IMG/VR virus record: IMGVR_UViG_3300042907_001080
Location: 124,001-188,000 of that record
Direction: 5' to 3' (one strand)
DNA length: 64,000 nucleotides
Made by a program: the position numbers and the translations under genes. Positions 30,794 to 39,013 of the stretch are shown here, one piece after another (position 1 is the first letter of the stretch; every line of letters begins with the position of its first letter). The notes beneath the pieces were generated by a model. The model had not been told where the DNA came from and searched no databases. It worked only from the letters and a program-made list of their open reading frames with translations.

Positions 30794-31192
30794 TTACTCG
30801 GGGGTAGATTCTTGGCTAAGTCTTTTACTCATGGCTCGATTGTGTCCTAGCTTTCTAACATCTCCACTAAGAAGATATAACTCAAATGCAGCTTTTTCTT
30901 TCATTACTATAATGTGTTTTTTATTAACAAAGAAAGGAGAATCAATGTAGTTATCTAACCAAAGCAGCACCTGCGGAGTGAATGCAAATTCTTTGGGAAA
31001 TTCTATTTTGTAGGTTTTAATTTTGGCATATTTCTCAATGAATTCGAGAGCCTGTTCAGTTAATCTTAAACCACCTTGATCTTTTTTCCTAAAACTCCAC
31101 CACCATACAGCTTTGTAGTCTTTGATGTTTTTTTCATTAACCGGTAATTCTGCTGCCTGCAAGAACGCCTTGGTGTAGGCATCTTTGTTCAT
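30794..31192 (-). CDS. Hypothetical protein
   Basis: 132 aa from the ATG at 31192; tightly packed. Confidence 0.6.
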   Translation of the reverse strand: MNKDAYTKAFLQAAELPVNEKNIKDYKAVWWWSFRKKDQGGLRLTEQALEFIEKYAKIKTYKIEFPKEFAFTPQVLLWLDNYIDSPFFVNKKHIIVMKEKAAFELYLLSGDVRKLGHNRAMSKRLSQESTPE

Positions 31193-31193
31193 G

Positions 31194-31478
31194 TCATTTA
31201 ATCTCTTCACCTGCAGTGAGTTTATATACAGCAAAGTCTTTGGTCTTGAACAATCGATTTAATTTCTTTGCCAGATTATGTGCATGACCTGGATTTGAAA
31301 ATGAGACTTTTTTATATTTTGGTCCGGGATAGCTGGCTACCAAACTACCGCTCTTGAGATTGAAAGGTTGGCCGTTATAGAACACAGCCCAGATAGCTTC
31401 TGAATCGAGAATTTGCTCAACCTTGTAGGTTTCTTTGTTAGCATATTCTAAAAGAATTTTAGGTTTGGGTCTACTCAT
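31194..31478 (-). CDS. Hypothetical basic protein
   Basis: 94 aa; SD (TAGGA) and upstream TATAAATA. Confidence 0.65.
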   Translation of the reverse strand: MSRPKPKILLEYANKETYKVEQILDSEAIWAVFYNGQPFNLKSGSLVASYPGPKYKKVSFSNPGHAHNLAKKLNRLFKTKDFAVYKLTAGEEIK

Positions 31479-31505
31479 ATACGTGTTCCTAATTAACCAC
31501 GTATA

Positions 31506-31513
31506 TATTTATA
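31506..31513 (-). promoter_or_regulatory. Late promoter TATAAATA
   Basis: Exact consensus, intergenic. Confidence 0.65.
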
Positions 31514-31518
31514 TCTTT

Positions 31519-31767
31519 TTAGAACTTGCCGCCGTCGAATTTTACGTCTATTTGAGTGGTTGATTCTTTGATTGCTGCCAGCATTTGATGTATTTCGCCC
31601 ACAGTCTTGCTTAGTTTAGCAGACATGAGTGCCAGTTCTGTGGTCAGATCACGTGCTTCTTGTAAACTAATGCGTATTTCTTTTTGTTGACTGCGTTCAG
31701 CTACTTGAATTCTCTGCAACAGTTTCTGTATAGTGGGCAGTGTATCTGGTAGATTATTTTGCAACAT
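31519..31767 (-). CDS. Hypothetical coiled-coil protein
   Basis: 82 aa. Confidence 0.55.
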   Translation of the reverse strand: MLQNNLPDTLPTIQKLLQRIQVAERSQQKEIRISLQEARDLTTELALMSAKLSKTVGEIHQMLAAIKESTTQIDVKFDGGKF

Positions 31768-32230
31768 TAGCCAATACCTGTTTCATTTCTAATTCTGTTT
31801 TGAACGGACCTTTATATGGATATCGTTCCAGTGTGATTTTTTTTGGACAAAAACTTTTAACCCATCCTTTGTCAAATTTTATACAGTAGTAACCTGCACA
31901 GTATAGACTCTTGGAATCGCTGCTCTTGGTGAATAGCGGCAGTTTCTTACGAATATCAAACATGGCATTGTGAGGTTCGGCACTGGTGGAGTATCCATGA
32001 ACCTCATTAGGTAGAGCTGTGTCGGCTTCCTTGACAATTTTTACTGTGAAAAACTTTTTACCAAACTGACGAGTTAGACTGTCTTTGGTTTCGTAAATTT
32101 TCACACCCGACTCGTTGCTCATAAAAAATCTATTGTCGTCGTCTTTTCTCAGAGTGGCAATCTTCTCACCGTTCTCCTCTACGATCCAAAATTTATTTGC
32201 TATGATAGGTTTAGCATGTATATCTGTCAT
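31754..32230 (-). CDS. Hypothetical protein
   Basis: 158 aa, ATGA-coupled to the RNase H gene. Confidence 0.65.
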   Translation of the reverse strand: MTDIHAKPIIANKFWIVEENGEKIATLRKDDDNRFFMSNESGVKIYETKDSLTRQFGKKFFTVKIVKEADTALPNEVHGYSTSAEPHNAMFDIRKKLPLFTKSSDSKSLYCAGYYCIKFDKGWVKSFCPKKITLERYPYKGPFKTELEMKQVLANVAK

Positions 32231-33213
32231 TGTGTATACCTCGCATTAAGTGGTTCTGCATAACTCTGTGCCTGATCAGCAATCTTTTTCAAGTCCCACA
32301 AATTACAGAACTTGATCAATCTTATACCTACTTGACTCACATTCTTTTGTTCGGCGGTTGCAGTAGAAATGGTATTTGTAATTATTTCTTTGATGTTATC
32401 TGGCTGATGACTTAGATCAATCAGTCGACGATTGCGTTCATAATCTTCTAAGACTCTATGTTCTTTGCCTTCGTGATCGGACCATCTCTGTAACATGAGA
32501 TTGTTCCACGCAAATCCTTTGCTTTTACGATCTTCGAACGCTTCACTAAGACCCACTTTTTTGCTTGTGCCTTTAGTACGCACACCTGGATACGCTGAGA
32601 AGACATTATCACTGGTATCACCACGCATGCATTTTTCGAACAACAGCCATTCTGGGTTAGGTGCAGGCTTAGGCTCTTGTGTTTTTTTGTCAATGATGGG
32701 CTTGCCTTTGTCATCAAAAATTCCTTTGTCAGTGATAACATGTTCCATAACACCATTGTATTGTGTGACATTGGGTGCAATCAATTGAACGAAGTCTGTG
32801 TCTGTGCTGATGATCACATGTTTGTCATTTGGATGTGTTTGTATCCACCCTGCAATTAAATCATCAGCTTCTAGTTGCGGATTTTGCAAAACAGTGCAGT
32901 TAGTCTTTTCTGCAATAAATTCTTTGAACGTGTCAAATGCTTCCCAGAAGATTTTGTCTTCTTCTTGTTCTTTTTCTGTGTGTGCGGCACGAGCATCTGA
33001 ACGATTACGCTTGTAAGGAGCATAGTAGTCCTTGCGCCACGATCTACCCTCTAAACAGAAGATAACATGACTACCTTCGAACTGCTGCCATGCTTTGCGA
33101 ATACTGTTTAATGTGATGTGAAATGCCATGCCTAGTTTGATATCAGCGTCACCGTTGATAACGTGACGAGCACGAAAGAATGTGTTTGCTGTATCAACTA
33201 AGATATAATTCAT
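32227..33213 (-). CDS. rnh: T4-type RNase H / 5'-3' (flap) exonuclease
   Basis: FEN/PIN acidic motifs 'ILVD', 'WRKDYY..YK.NR', 'LEADDLIA', 'ISTDTDF.QL', 'GDTSDNV...PGV', 'YERNRRLIDL'. Confidence 0.9.
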   Translation of the reverse strand: MNYILVDTANTFFRARHVINGDADIKLGMAFHITLNSIRKAWQQFEGSHVIFCLEGRSWRKDYYAPYKRNRSDARAAHTEKEQEEDKIFWEAFDTFKEFIAEKTNCTVLQNPQLEADDLIAGWIQTHPNDKHVIISTDTDFVQLIAPNVTQYNGVMEHVITDKGIFDDKGKPIIDKKTQEPKPAPNPEWLLFEKCMRGDTSDNVFSAYPGVRTKGTSKKVGLSEAFEDRKSKGFAWNNLMLQRWSDHEGKEHRVLEDYERNRRLIDLSHQPDNIKEIITNTISTATAEQKNVSQVGIRLIKFCNLWDLKKIADQAQSYAEPLNARYTQ

Positions 33214-33653
33214 AGATTATCTTTCTTCACTGTTTTAATATCAATTACGCCTGTGTTTACAGGACCGCCGAAATCGCCATCGACTACTACATTGGCACAC
33301 AGTTCACGGAACCAACGATCTATAATTTCTTCGTCTTTGTCTCCGTCCTCACCATATCCCTCTTGCTTTAATTTTAACACAAAAAGGTCGTTCCAGTCAA
33401 GCTCAAAAAAGCCATTACGAACATTATCTTTGTTGACATGTGTTTCGATTACGCCTACCCACGGTTCTTTTTTACGTGTTGCACGTTCTTTTGGAGATAA
33501 TTTGGCCTGTGCCTCTGCTTCTGTAGCACGTTCGGCAGCTTCAGTGGCTGCTTTGGCTGTTTCAGAGGCTTGTGCTGCAATGCCTATTGATCGTTCTGCT
33601 TCTGCTCTGATCTTGTCAATACCAAATAATTTTTCAATCCATTTATTCATCAT
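33210..33653 (-). CDS. Hypothetical phage protein
   Basis: 147 aa, ATGA overlaps at both ends. Confidence 0.65.
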   Translation of the reverse strand: MMNKWIEKLFGIDKIRAEAERSIGIAAQASETAKAATEAAERATEAEAQAKLSPKERATRKKEPWVGVIETHVNKDNVRNGFFELDWNDLFVLKLKQEGYGEDGDKDEEIIDRWFRELCANVVVDGDFGGPVNTGVIDIKTVKKDNL

Positions 33654-34504
33654 GTTCCCCATTCATTTTTAAACAATGGCACCTGCAATCTGTCTGAATA
33701 TCTCAGTCCATGTTTCATTGCCAGTTCTGCTACTCTGCGGTTATTTAGTGTGTATACACTTTCAACCCCGCCCACAGGCATGAGATAAACATTACCAGTG
33801 AAACCTTCTGCACGATAGATATCCACAGCTTCTAGAGCTTCTTCTGCATCACCTTCAGTGGCCACTACTAATTTGAGATATACATGACCAGCTTCTTGAT
33901 ATTCACAGACTATGTCTGGGCGTATAGCTTCACTAGGCTGTTCTCCTGAACAACTGAGTTTGGCACTGACCGAGAATGTAACTTCTCTACTGGCAAAAGG
34001 AGGATTCTGTGCCCATTCTTGTAGATATTTTTTAAACTCCGGAGTTAGCTTTTGAGTACCGTTGGTTTCAAAAGTAATTTCTTTAAGACCTGTCATACTC
34101 AGATGATTCAACAGATCCGGATAAGCACGTTGCCAACCTAACAACGGTTCACCGCCAGTGATAACCAAGTGTTCATCTTCCCAACGCTTGTAAGGTAATA
34201 TTTCCATGATGCGTTCTGCAATCGCATCAGTTGTTAGCATGGGCGAAAGATCTTTGAATCTAGGATCCCAGCTGGCATAGCTATCACAACCTGTGCTTAC
34301 TAATGGTAAGTCTTGATATTTAAAAAACTTCTTAATATCGGCCGCAATAAAATCACGCTCCTTGCTTTGTTCACCACGTGACATACCAAAGCCGTCACAA
34401 GTAAAGTTACATCCAAACGTGCGTAAGAACACACTAGGGACACCCATATATCGGCCTTCGCCTTGTATGCTGTAAAAAAGTTCTGCTATTTTTATTTTGC
34501 TCAT
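33650..34504 (-). CDS. queE: 7-carboxy-7-deazaguanine synthase (radical SAM)
   Basis: 'ELFYSIQGEG...G.PSVFLRTFGCN', 'GCDS', 'VITGGEPLL', 'FETNGT', 'SAKL', 'YLMP', 'RLQV.L'; lies near folE, queD-like and dpdA. Confidence 0.9.
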   Translation of the reverse strand: MSKIKIAELFYSIQGEGRYMGVPSVFLRTFGCNFTCDGFGMSRGEQSKERDFIAADIKKFFKYQDLPLVSTGCDSYASWDPRFKDLSPMLTTDAIAERIMEILPYKRWEDEHLVITGGEPLLGWQRAYPDLLNHLSMTGLKEITFETNGTQKLTPEFKKYLQEWAQNPPFASREVTFSVSAKLSCSGEQPSEAIRPDIVCEYQEAGHVYLKLVVATEGDAEEALEAVDIYRAEGFTGNVYLMPVGGVESVYTLNNRRVAELAMKHGLRYSDRLQVPLFKNEWGT

Positions 34505-34509
34505 AGTTT

Positions 34510-34538
34510 ATTATACACTCTTTTTTTGTAATTGCCAA
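34510..34538 (-). promoter_or_regulatory. Sigma70-type promoter for queE (probably leaderless)
   Basis: TTGGCA-17 nt-TATAAT; ATG is 5 nt after the -10 box. Confidence 0.65.
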
Positions 34539-34675
34539 GAGCCATTGCCCTGATCTAGCCATTCTAATGTGTCGCCTTCGCCCCAACCTTGCAGATCCAA
34601 TACTTCCTGTGGTATTGGCATAATGAGATCACCAGTATCGGGATCTTCTTCAAGAGTAACTGTCCATCGAGTCAT
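34511..34675 (-). CDS. Small AbrB/MazE-like (swapped-hairpin) protein, 54 aa, absent from the ORF track
   Basis: MTRWTVTLEEDPDTGDLIMPIPQEVLDLQGWGEGDTLEWLDQGNGSWQLQKKSV; 'L..P.P.E.L...GW.EGD.LEW' pattern; ATGA overlap. Confidence 0.7.
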   Translation of the reverse strand: MTRWTVTLEEDPDTGDLIMPIPQEVLDLQGWGEGDTLEWLDQGNGSWQLQKKSV

Positions 34676-34854
34676 GTTATCATTCCTGGTTGTGATCTAC
34701 GCTTACGACATTCTTGTTTTACTTCATTAGGAACATCAGGATGCCATTCGGATATACTGCAATCGTATACCTTATATTCTGGCACGTCTACTTGAGAAAG
34801 AAAGAGAATCCAAAGCACACAGGCAACAACAAACCCAATGATGTATTTCTTCAT
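34672..34854 (-). CDS. Small membrane-anchored protein
   Basis: N-terminal hydrophobic helix followed by 'YDCSISEWHPDVP..VKQECRK'. Confidence 0.6.
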   Translation of the reverse strand: MKKYIIGFVVACVLWILFLSQVDVPEYKVYDCSISEWHPDVPNEVKQECRKRRSQPGMIT

Positions 34855-35057
34855 ATTCTGTCGCTTAACAATATTTTGCACAGCATGGCATCATGTTCGT
34901 GATAAAATTTAAATGTCATTTGATCTGTTTCTGGATGACTAGTGTATCGATCGCCTGGCAAGCCAAAGTGTTCCAACACCATGGCACAGGTTTCATTCCA
35001 CCAAAATCCAGTTTGTTCTTTTTTCCAAGGAACTAAAATTGTTTTTAGATCAGACAC
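34851..35057 (-). CDS. Hypothetical protein
   Basis: 68 aa, GTG start. Confidence 0.55.
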   Translation of the reverse strand: MSDLKTILVPWKKEQTGFWWNETCAMVLEHFGLPGDRYTSHPETDQMTFKFYHEHDAMLCKILLSDRI

Positions 35058-35067
35058 AATATCTCAC

Positions 35068-35445
35068 TCATTTTTTATAATTACCTTTTTCTGGAATAAC
35101 ATGTCTGACACCGCCTGTGGGGTCTTCCATGTCACCTTTGCGTCGAGGAATCAAATGAACATGTGGATACGGCACAGTCTGTCCAGCAGCTTCGCCCCAA
35201 TTAAGGCCAATATTGAATCCATCCCACTCACCATTTTTAACCTTTGCCTGCCCTACTCTCAGAGCATCAGCAAAACAATCTTCAATAACTCCCACAGCTG
35301 AATATTTAGGCACAAACAACAAGTGACCGTCTGTTACAGGATACTTGTCTTTAAAAACAACCACATGAAAGTCGTCTTGTACAACATCGTTCCATGGTGC
35401 CTGCCCTGCATCACGTGCATCGTCTAACGAATAATGTAAGTTCAT
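35068..35445 (-). CDS. HIT family nucleotide hydrolase
   Basis: 'DKYPVTDGHLLFVPK', 'GFNIGLNWGEAAGQTVPYPHVHLIPRRKGD'. Confidence 0.9.
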   Translation of the reverse strand: MNLHYSLDDARDAGQAPWNDVVQDDFHVVVFKDKYPVTDGHLLFVPKYSAVGVIEDCFADALRVGQAKVKNGEWDGFNIGLNWGEAAGQTVPYPHVHLIPRRKGDMEDPTGGVRHVIPEKGNYKK

Positions 35446-35669
35446 CGTTTATATTCCTTTCTTTCTGTAGGTAGGTCATCTTCTCGTACAACAAACTCAC
35501 GGCCGCCTAGACTGCCTGCAAATGCTTTAGTGCGTTCCATATAAACTAATCGTAGTTTAAGAGTTTGAAATGCAACATCTAAAAATGCCTTGGGCTTATA
35601 ACCTAGAACATGCATATCAAAATCTTTACCTGCGTCAGTGCAATGAACTTTAATCTTAGAATCGATCAT
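35442..35669 (-). CDS. Hypothetical protein
   Basis: 75 aa, ATGA overlaps. Confidence 0.55.
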   Translation of the reverse strand: MIDSKIKVHCTDAGKDFDMHVLGYKPKAFLDVAFQTLKLRLVYMERTKAFAGSLGGREFVVREDDLPTERKEYKR

Positions 35670-36205
35670 TTTGTCCACCAATCTTCCCAAGGAAAATCAA
35701 TCCATACATCCTTCTCTGCCTTGTTAACTTCCATGCCAACGAAATCCATCTTAACATTGCACTTGCTGGCGAGATTATCTACTAACACAGCAAATTTAAC
35801 ATTGTTATTCCACACTTCTTCCCAGGCTGGATCATCTGGAAAGCAACCACTTGGCCAATCTTTCATGATCCAGTTAAGTGTGGTGCCTTGATCGTTGATA
35901 TCATCTACAATTAAAATGTTTTTAAAAGCAGTATCGCTATCAACTGCACGATCCTTGGACAACGGTCCTAGAGCATCTTCAGCCATCCATAAATTACTCT
36001 CCGGACCAATCTCACTATCTCGTAGACTTACATTGAGAGTATGTAACGGAATATTAAAATATTGACTGATCATAACAGCAGGAATCAATCCCCCTCGAGT
36101 AATTCCTACAATATAATCGGGCCTCCACGTTCCTATAGCAAGCTCTCTACAAATCTTGCCGACTAGTCCGGTTACTTCATGCTGGTTGATTTTGAGTTTG
36201 TTCAT
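35666..36205 (-). CDS. Type I phosphoribosyltransferase (Gpt/Hpt-like purine PRTase)
   Basis: 'VGITRGGLIPA', PRPP loop 'ILIVDDINDQGTT', C-terminal 'WIDFPWE'. Confidence 0.85.
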   Translation of the reverse strand: MNKLKINQHEVTGLVGKICRELAIGTWRPDYIVGITRGGLIPAVMISQYFNIPLHTLNVSLRDSEIGPESNLWMAEDALGPLSKDRAVDSDTAFKNILIVDDINDQGTTLNWIMKDWPSGCFPDDPAWEEVWNNNVKFAVLVDNLASKCNVKMDFVGMEVNKAEKDVWIDFPWEDWWTK

Positions 36206-36644
36206 TTCTATCCTTGAGATATTGTTCGTGTTGTATCCATTTGTTGTTGACTAAAAATCCCCATTCACGTTTATGCGGGCCAGGCATGAATAGGGTCCAA
36301 GCAGTTATTCCAGGTTGAAGTTCGATGCGATGATAGCTATTAGAACCACAAATACGGAAGTGACCAGGACCCCGCCAATGCTTGGTCTCTCCAATCATTT
36401 GGCCATTTTCGAAATTAGGAGTATATTCATAGTATCCACCTTTTAGTATCAGTGTAGCATAGGGCCACGGATGATCATGAACATCGTCAGGATCACCTTT
36501 GAGGAATTTATGTAAAAATACGTTGAATGGAAAACGATCTCTTTCTTTCAAGAAGAGATAATACCGTTCGAGATACGGTTCGTTATTAACACGATCATAA
36601 ATGATACGCTTGCGGCCCAGTCGTTCAAGCAGTTTCAAAAACAT
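36177..36644 (-). CDS. Cupin-fold protein
   Basis: 'HDHPW....IL.GGY.E' and 'YHRIEL' metal-binding cupin motifs. Confidence 0.75.
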   Translation of the reverse strand: MFLKLLERLGRKRIIYDRVNNEPYLERYYLFLKERDRFPFNVFLHKFLKGDPDDVHDHPWPYATLILKGGYYEYTPNFENGQMIGETKHWRGPGHFRICGSNSYHRIELQPGITAWTLFMPGPHKREWGFLVNNKWIQHEQYLKDRNEQTQNQPA

Positions 36645-37044
36645 TATTAACTTCTTCCTTGAGATATCTTATCAGTTCTTTATCTGTGGGCGATACACTA
36701 TAATTGTTCTTGTAAAAAATCTCATAGCTGTCGCTGCCGTATTTTCCAATGCCATATAACATTGTAGCATCATTTCCGTCCCAAGTCAAATAGTCTTGAC
36801 TCATTCTAATCAATCGAGTATAACGAACATTAACCATTCCGAGTGGTTGGATTATGCTTTTGACAAACTCTTCGTCTGCTTGTAGCAATGCCAGTGCTGT
36901 AGGAAACCAATATAGAAATTCTGGCAGAGTGGTCTTCACAGCTTTGCGACCAGTTTGATTTAACATAATTACCCCAACAAAATGCTGCCAAGCATTGTCA
37001 ACTTGTTGTTGCACCATTAGATCGTCACGTAGAGGTTTAATCAT
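36625..37044 (-). CDS. MBD4-like HhH-GPD DNA glycosylase
   Basis: 'W...V..IMLNQT', 'FPT', 'IQPLGM', HhH 'LYGIGKYGSDSYEIF' and catalytic-Asp region 'PTDKEL..YL', paralleling the MBD4 glycosylase domain. Confidence 0.8.
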   Translation of the reverse strand: MIKPLRDDLMVQQQVDNAWQHFVGVIMLNQTGRKAVKTTLPEFLYWFPTALALLQADEEFVKSIIQPLGMVNVRYTRLIRMSQDYLTWDGNDATMLYGIGKYGSDSYEIFYKNNYSVSPTDKELIRYLKEEVNNVFETA

Positions 37045-37259
37045 TCTACATCCTCGTCAAACCATTCATCAACTTGACGTTCTGCTTCTTCTCGGGTCAT
37101 TGCATGAACAAAGATTCTAGCAGGTTCTCCGACAGTGTGCTGAATATTAAACTTTATCACACCAGCGGGGATAAGATTCCAATCTCGTTCTACAACAAAC
37201 TCTTGTAGATGCTTCATTCTGTGTATTAAATTATCTGTAAGATCTTTGGCTGTGTTCAT
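37041..37259 (-). CDS. Hypothetical protein
   Basis: 72 aa from the ATGA-overlapping start. Confidence 0.55.
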   Translation of the reverse strand: MNTAKDLTDNLIHRMKHLQEFVVERDWNLIPAGVIKFNIQHTVGEPARIFVHAMTREEAERQVDEWFDEDVE

Positions 37260-37450
37260 TGCTGTCCCCGAACTATATTCTTGTTCTCTGTTTCGGCATC
37301 TTGACGCAGTTGATCTTCCATCCACAACATTTTTTGATGTTGATACATTTCTTCTGAAAGTCCATGCCATCCACAGCATTTACCAGTCGGGCTTCGGCCG
37401 CATCCGCATTTACCAAATTCTTCTGCATTTTCTTTAACTCTTATTTGCAT
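37256..37450 (-). CDS. CDGSH-type iron-sulfur/zinc-finger-like small protein
   Basis: '[15 protein letters not shown]' follows the C-x-C-x2-S...C-x-G-x-H pattern. Confidence 0.6.
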   Translation of the reverse strand: MQIRVKENAEEFGKCGCGRSPTGKCCGWHGLSEEMYQHQKMLWMEDQLRQDAETENKNIVRGQQ

Positions 37451-37458
37451 AATATTCC

Positions 37459-37944
37459 TTAAGTTGGGAAGGGCCACGCTTTACTTGGCTCTGGTCGAGT
37501 TTTTAATTTTACATTCTCTTCAATAACGTCACCTGTTATTTCATCACACAGGTCAACTTGATACGGTGCAATGATATGCACTGCACAATCTTCTTCTGAC
37601 CAATCATGTTCGCCGTCATAGAGCCAACCTGCACCACCTTCGTAGTAGAGTTCTTTGAGTTCTTGTTGCTCTAATTCGCTAATGTCATCACTGAATTCCC
37701 ACTCAACACTGACACTGTCGTCAAACTCACAACCCCAACCACAATCGGTTCGAGCATAGGCAACAGGATCACCTTCCCAGGGAAGATTGCAATCTAAATC
37801 ACCTTCAACAAAGCCTTGTCCCCAACGATAGGTTTCGTCAATGTTAAACCAACTGATGCTATCATCTGGATTCTTACGATACATTTCTACATGGTAGACA
37901 ATGCTTTTCTTTTCCAGTGGTTTGATTACATATACTTGACTCAT
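37459..37944 (-). CDS. Hypothetical acidic protein
   Basis: 161 aa, Trp/Glu/Asp-rich. Confidence 0.6.
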   Translation of the reverse strand: MSQVYVIKPLEKKSIVYHVEMYRKNPDDSISWFNIDETYRWGQGFVEGDLDCNLPWEGDPVAYARTDCGWGCEFDDSVSVEWEFSDDISELEQQELKELYYEGGAGWLYDGEHDWSEEDCAVHIIAPYQVDLCDEITGDVIEENVKLKTRPEPSKAWPFPT

Positions 37945-38118
37945 TTAAATTCCCTTGTAAGCATCAAGAATAAGAGCACCGCCAATTGTAAATCCTACAA
38001 TAGCAAGTCCGTAGTTACCGTTAACTAACGCACTCAATCCAGATAGTAAGTTTAGTCCGCCGATTGTAAGGCTAATTTCTTTTCTGTTACGGCCAACCCA
38101 TATAAAAAATTTATCCAT
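37945..38118 (-). CDS. Small membrane protein (57 aa), absent from the ORF track
   Basis: MDKFFIWVGRNRKEISLTIGGLNLLSGLSALVNGNYGLAIVGFTIGGALILDAYKGI; SD AAGGA; abuts both neighbours. Confidence 0.6.
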   Translation of the reverse strand: MDKFFIWVGRNRKEISLTIGGLNLLSGLSALVNGNYGLAIVGFTIGGALILDAYKGI

Positions 38119-38231
38119 TATATTTCCTTAATAAAGTATTTTGATGCAGGGTATTGCACCTGCAACCACTCTAACAAGCCCGCTTCAACTGGTAAGCGAA
38201 CGCTATCAAACTTGTTAGTAATGTATCTCAT
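38118..38231 (-). CDS. Microprotein (37 aa), absent from the ORF track
   Basis: MRYITNKFDSVRLPVEAGLLEWLQVQYPASKYFIKEI; ATGA overlap with the folE stop and TAATG overlap downstream. Confidence 0.55.
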   Translation of the reverse strand: MRYITNKFDSVRLPVEAGLLEWLQVQYPASKYFIKEI

Positions 38232-38974
38232 CGTGGCGAAAATTCTTGCTGCATTTTAATATTGTCAAAGAATTCTTTCTTTGTTCCTGGATCATCTTTA
38301 AATGCACCTTTGAGTACAGTGGTCTGTGTTAGACTCGAATGCGCCATAATGCCACGATTCTCACAGCAACCGTGAGTGGCTTGTATGTATACTCCGATGT
38401 TTTCACTATCTGTAGCTCGACTTATTTCTCTTGCAATATCATTGCAGAGTTCTTCCTGGAGAGTGCCACGCCTAGCGCACCACTGAGCAATACGAGTATA
38501 CTTGCTAAGGCCAATAAGTTTGTTGGCAGCAATGATACCAATATAAGCCACCCCAGATACAGGCTGGTGATGATGACTACACATACTACGCAATTCACTT
38601 CTAACAACCAACATTCCTTCATATCTATCCTCACTATCATTCGGAAACGCTGTTGCATCTGGAGCAGGGTCGTATCTACCTGACATGATTTCATTAAAAT
38701 ACATTTTAGCAAGTCTACGTGCTGTGCCTTTACTGTTGGGATCATTTTCACGATCAATAAGCAAACTGTCTAGCACTTGTTCAAATGCAGGAGTTGCTTC
38801 GTCAATTAATTTTTCTAAGTCGCCGTCATGCAGATAATCACTGATGTTGTCACCGGCCCAGAAACGCTTGCCTTCACGTTTCATCTTAAAACGAATGTGA
38901 TCACCTAGATATGCTTCTTTATATCCGCCATCGCCTGCCATTGCGTCCAGGCCTGTTTCTGTTTTATTTGTCAA
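38228..38974 (-). CDS. folE: GTP cyclohydrolase I
   Basis: 'TARRLAKMY', 'SMCSHH', 'IGLSKY.RI', 'LQEEL', 'ATHGC...RG'; TTG start with SD GGAG. Confidence 0.93.
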   Translation of the reverse strand: MTNKTETGLDAMAGDGGYKEAYLGDHIRFKMKREGKRFWAGDNISDYLHDGDLEKLIDEATPAFEQVLDSLLIDRENDPNSKGTARRLAKMYFNEIMSGRYDPAPDATAFPNDSEDRYEGMLVVRSELRSMCSHHHQPVSGVAYIGIIAANKLIGLSKYTRIAQWCARRGTLQEELCNDIAREISRATDSENIGVYIQATHGCCENRGIMAHSSLTQTTVLKGAFKDDPGTKKEFFDNIKMQQEFSPR

Positions 38975-39013
38975 TTTATTCTCCGAGTTAATGACGTGGA
39001 TGTCATATAATAG

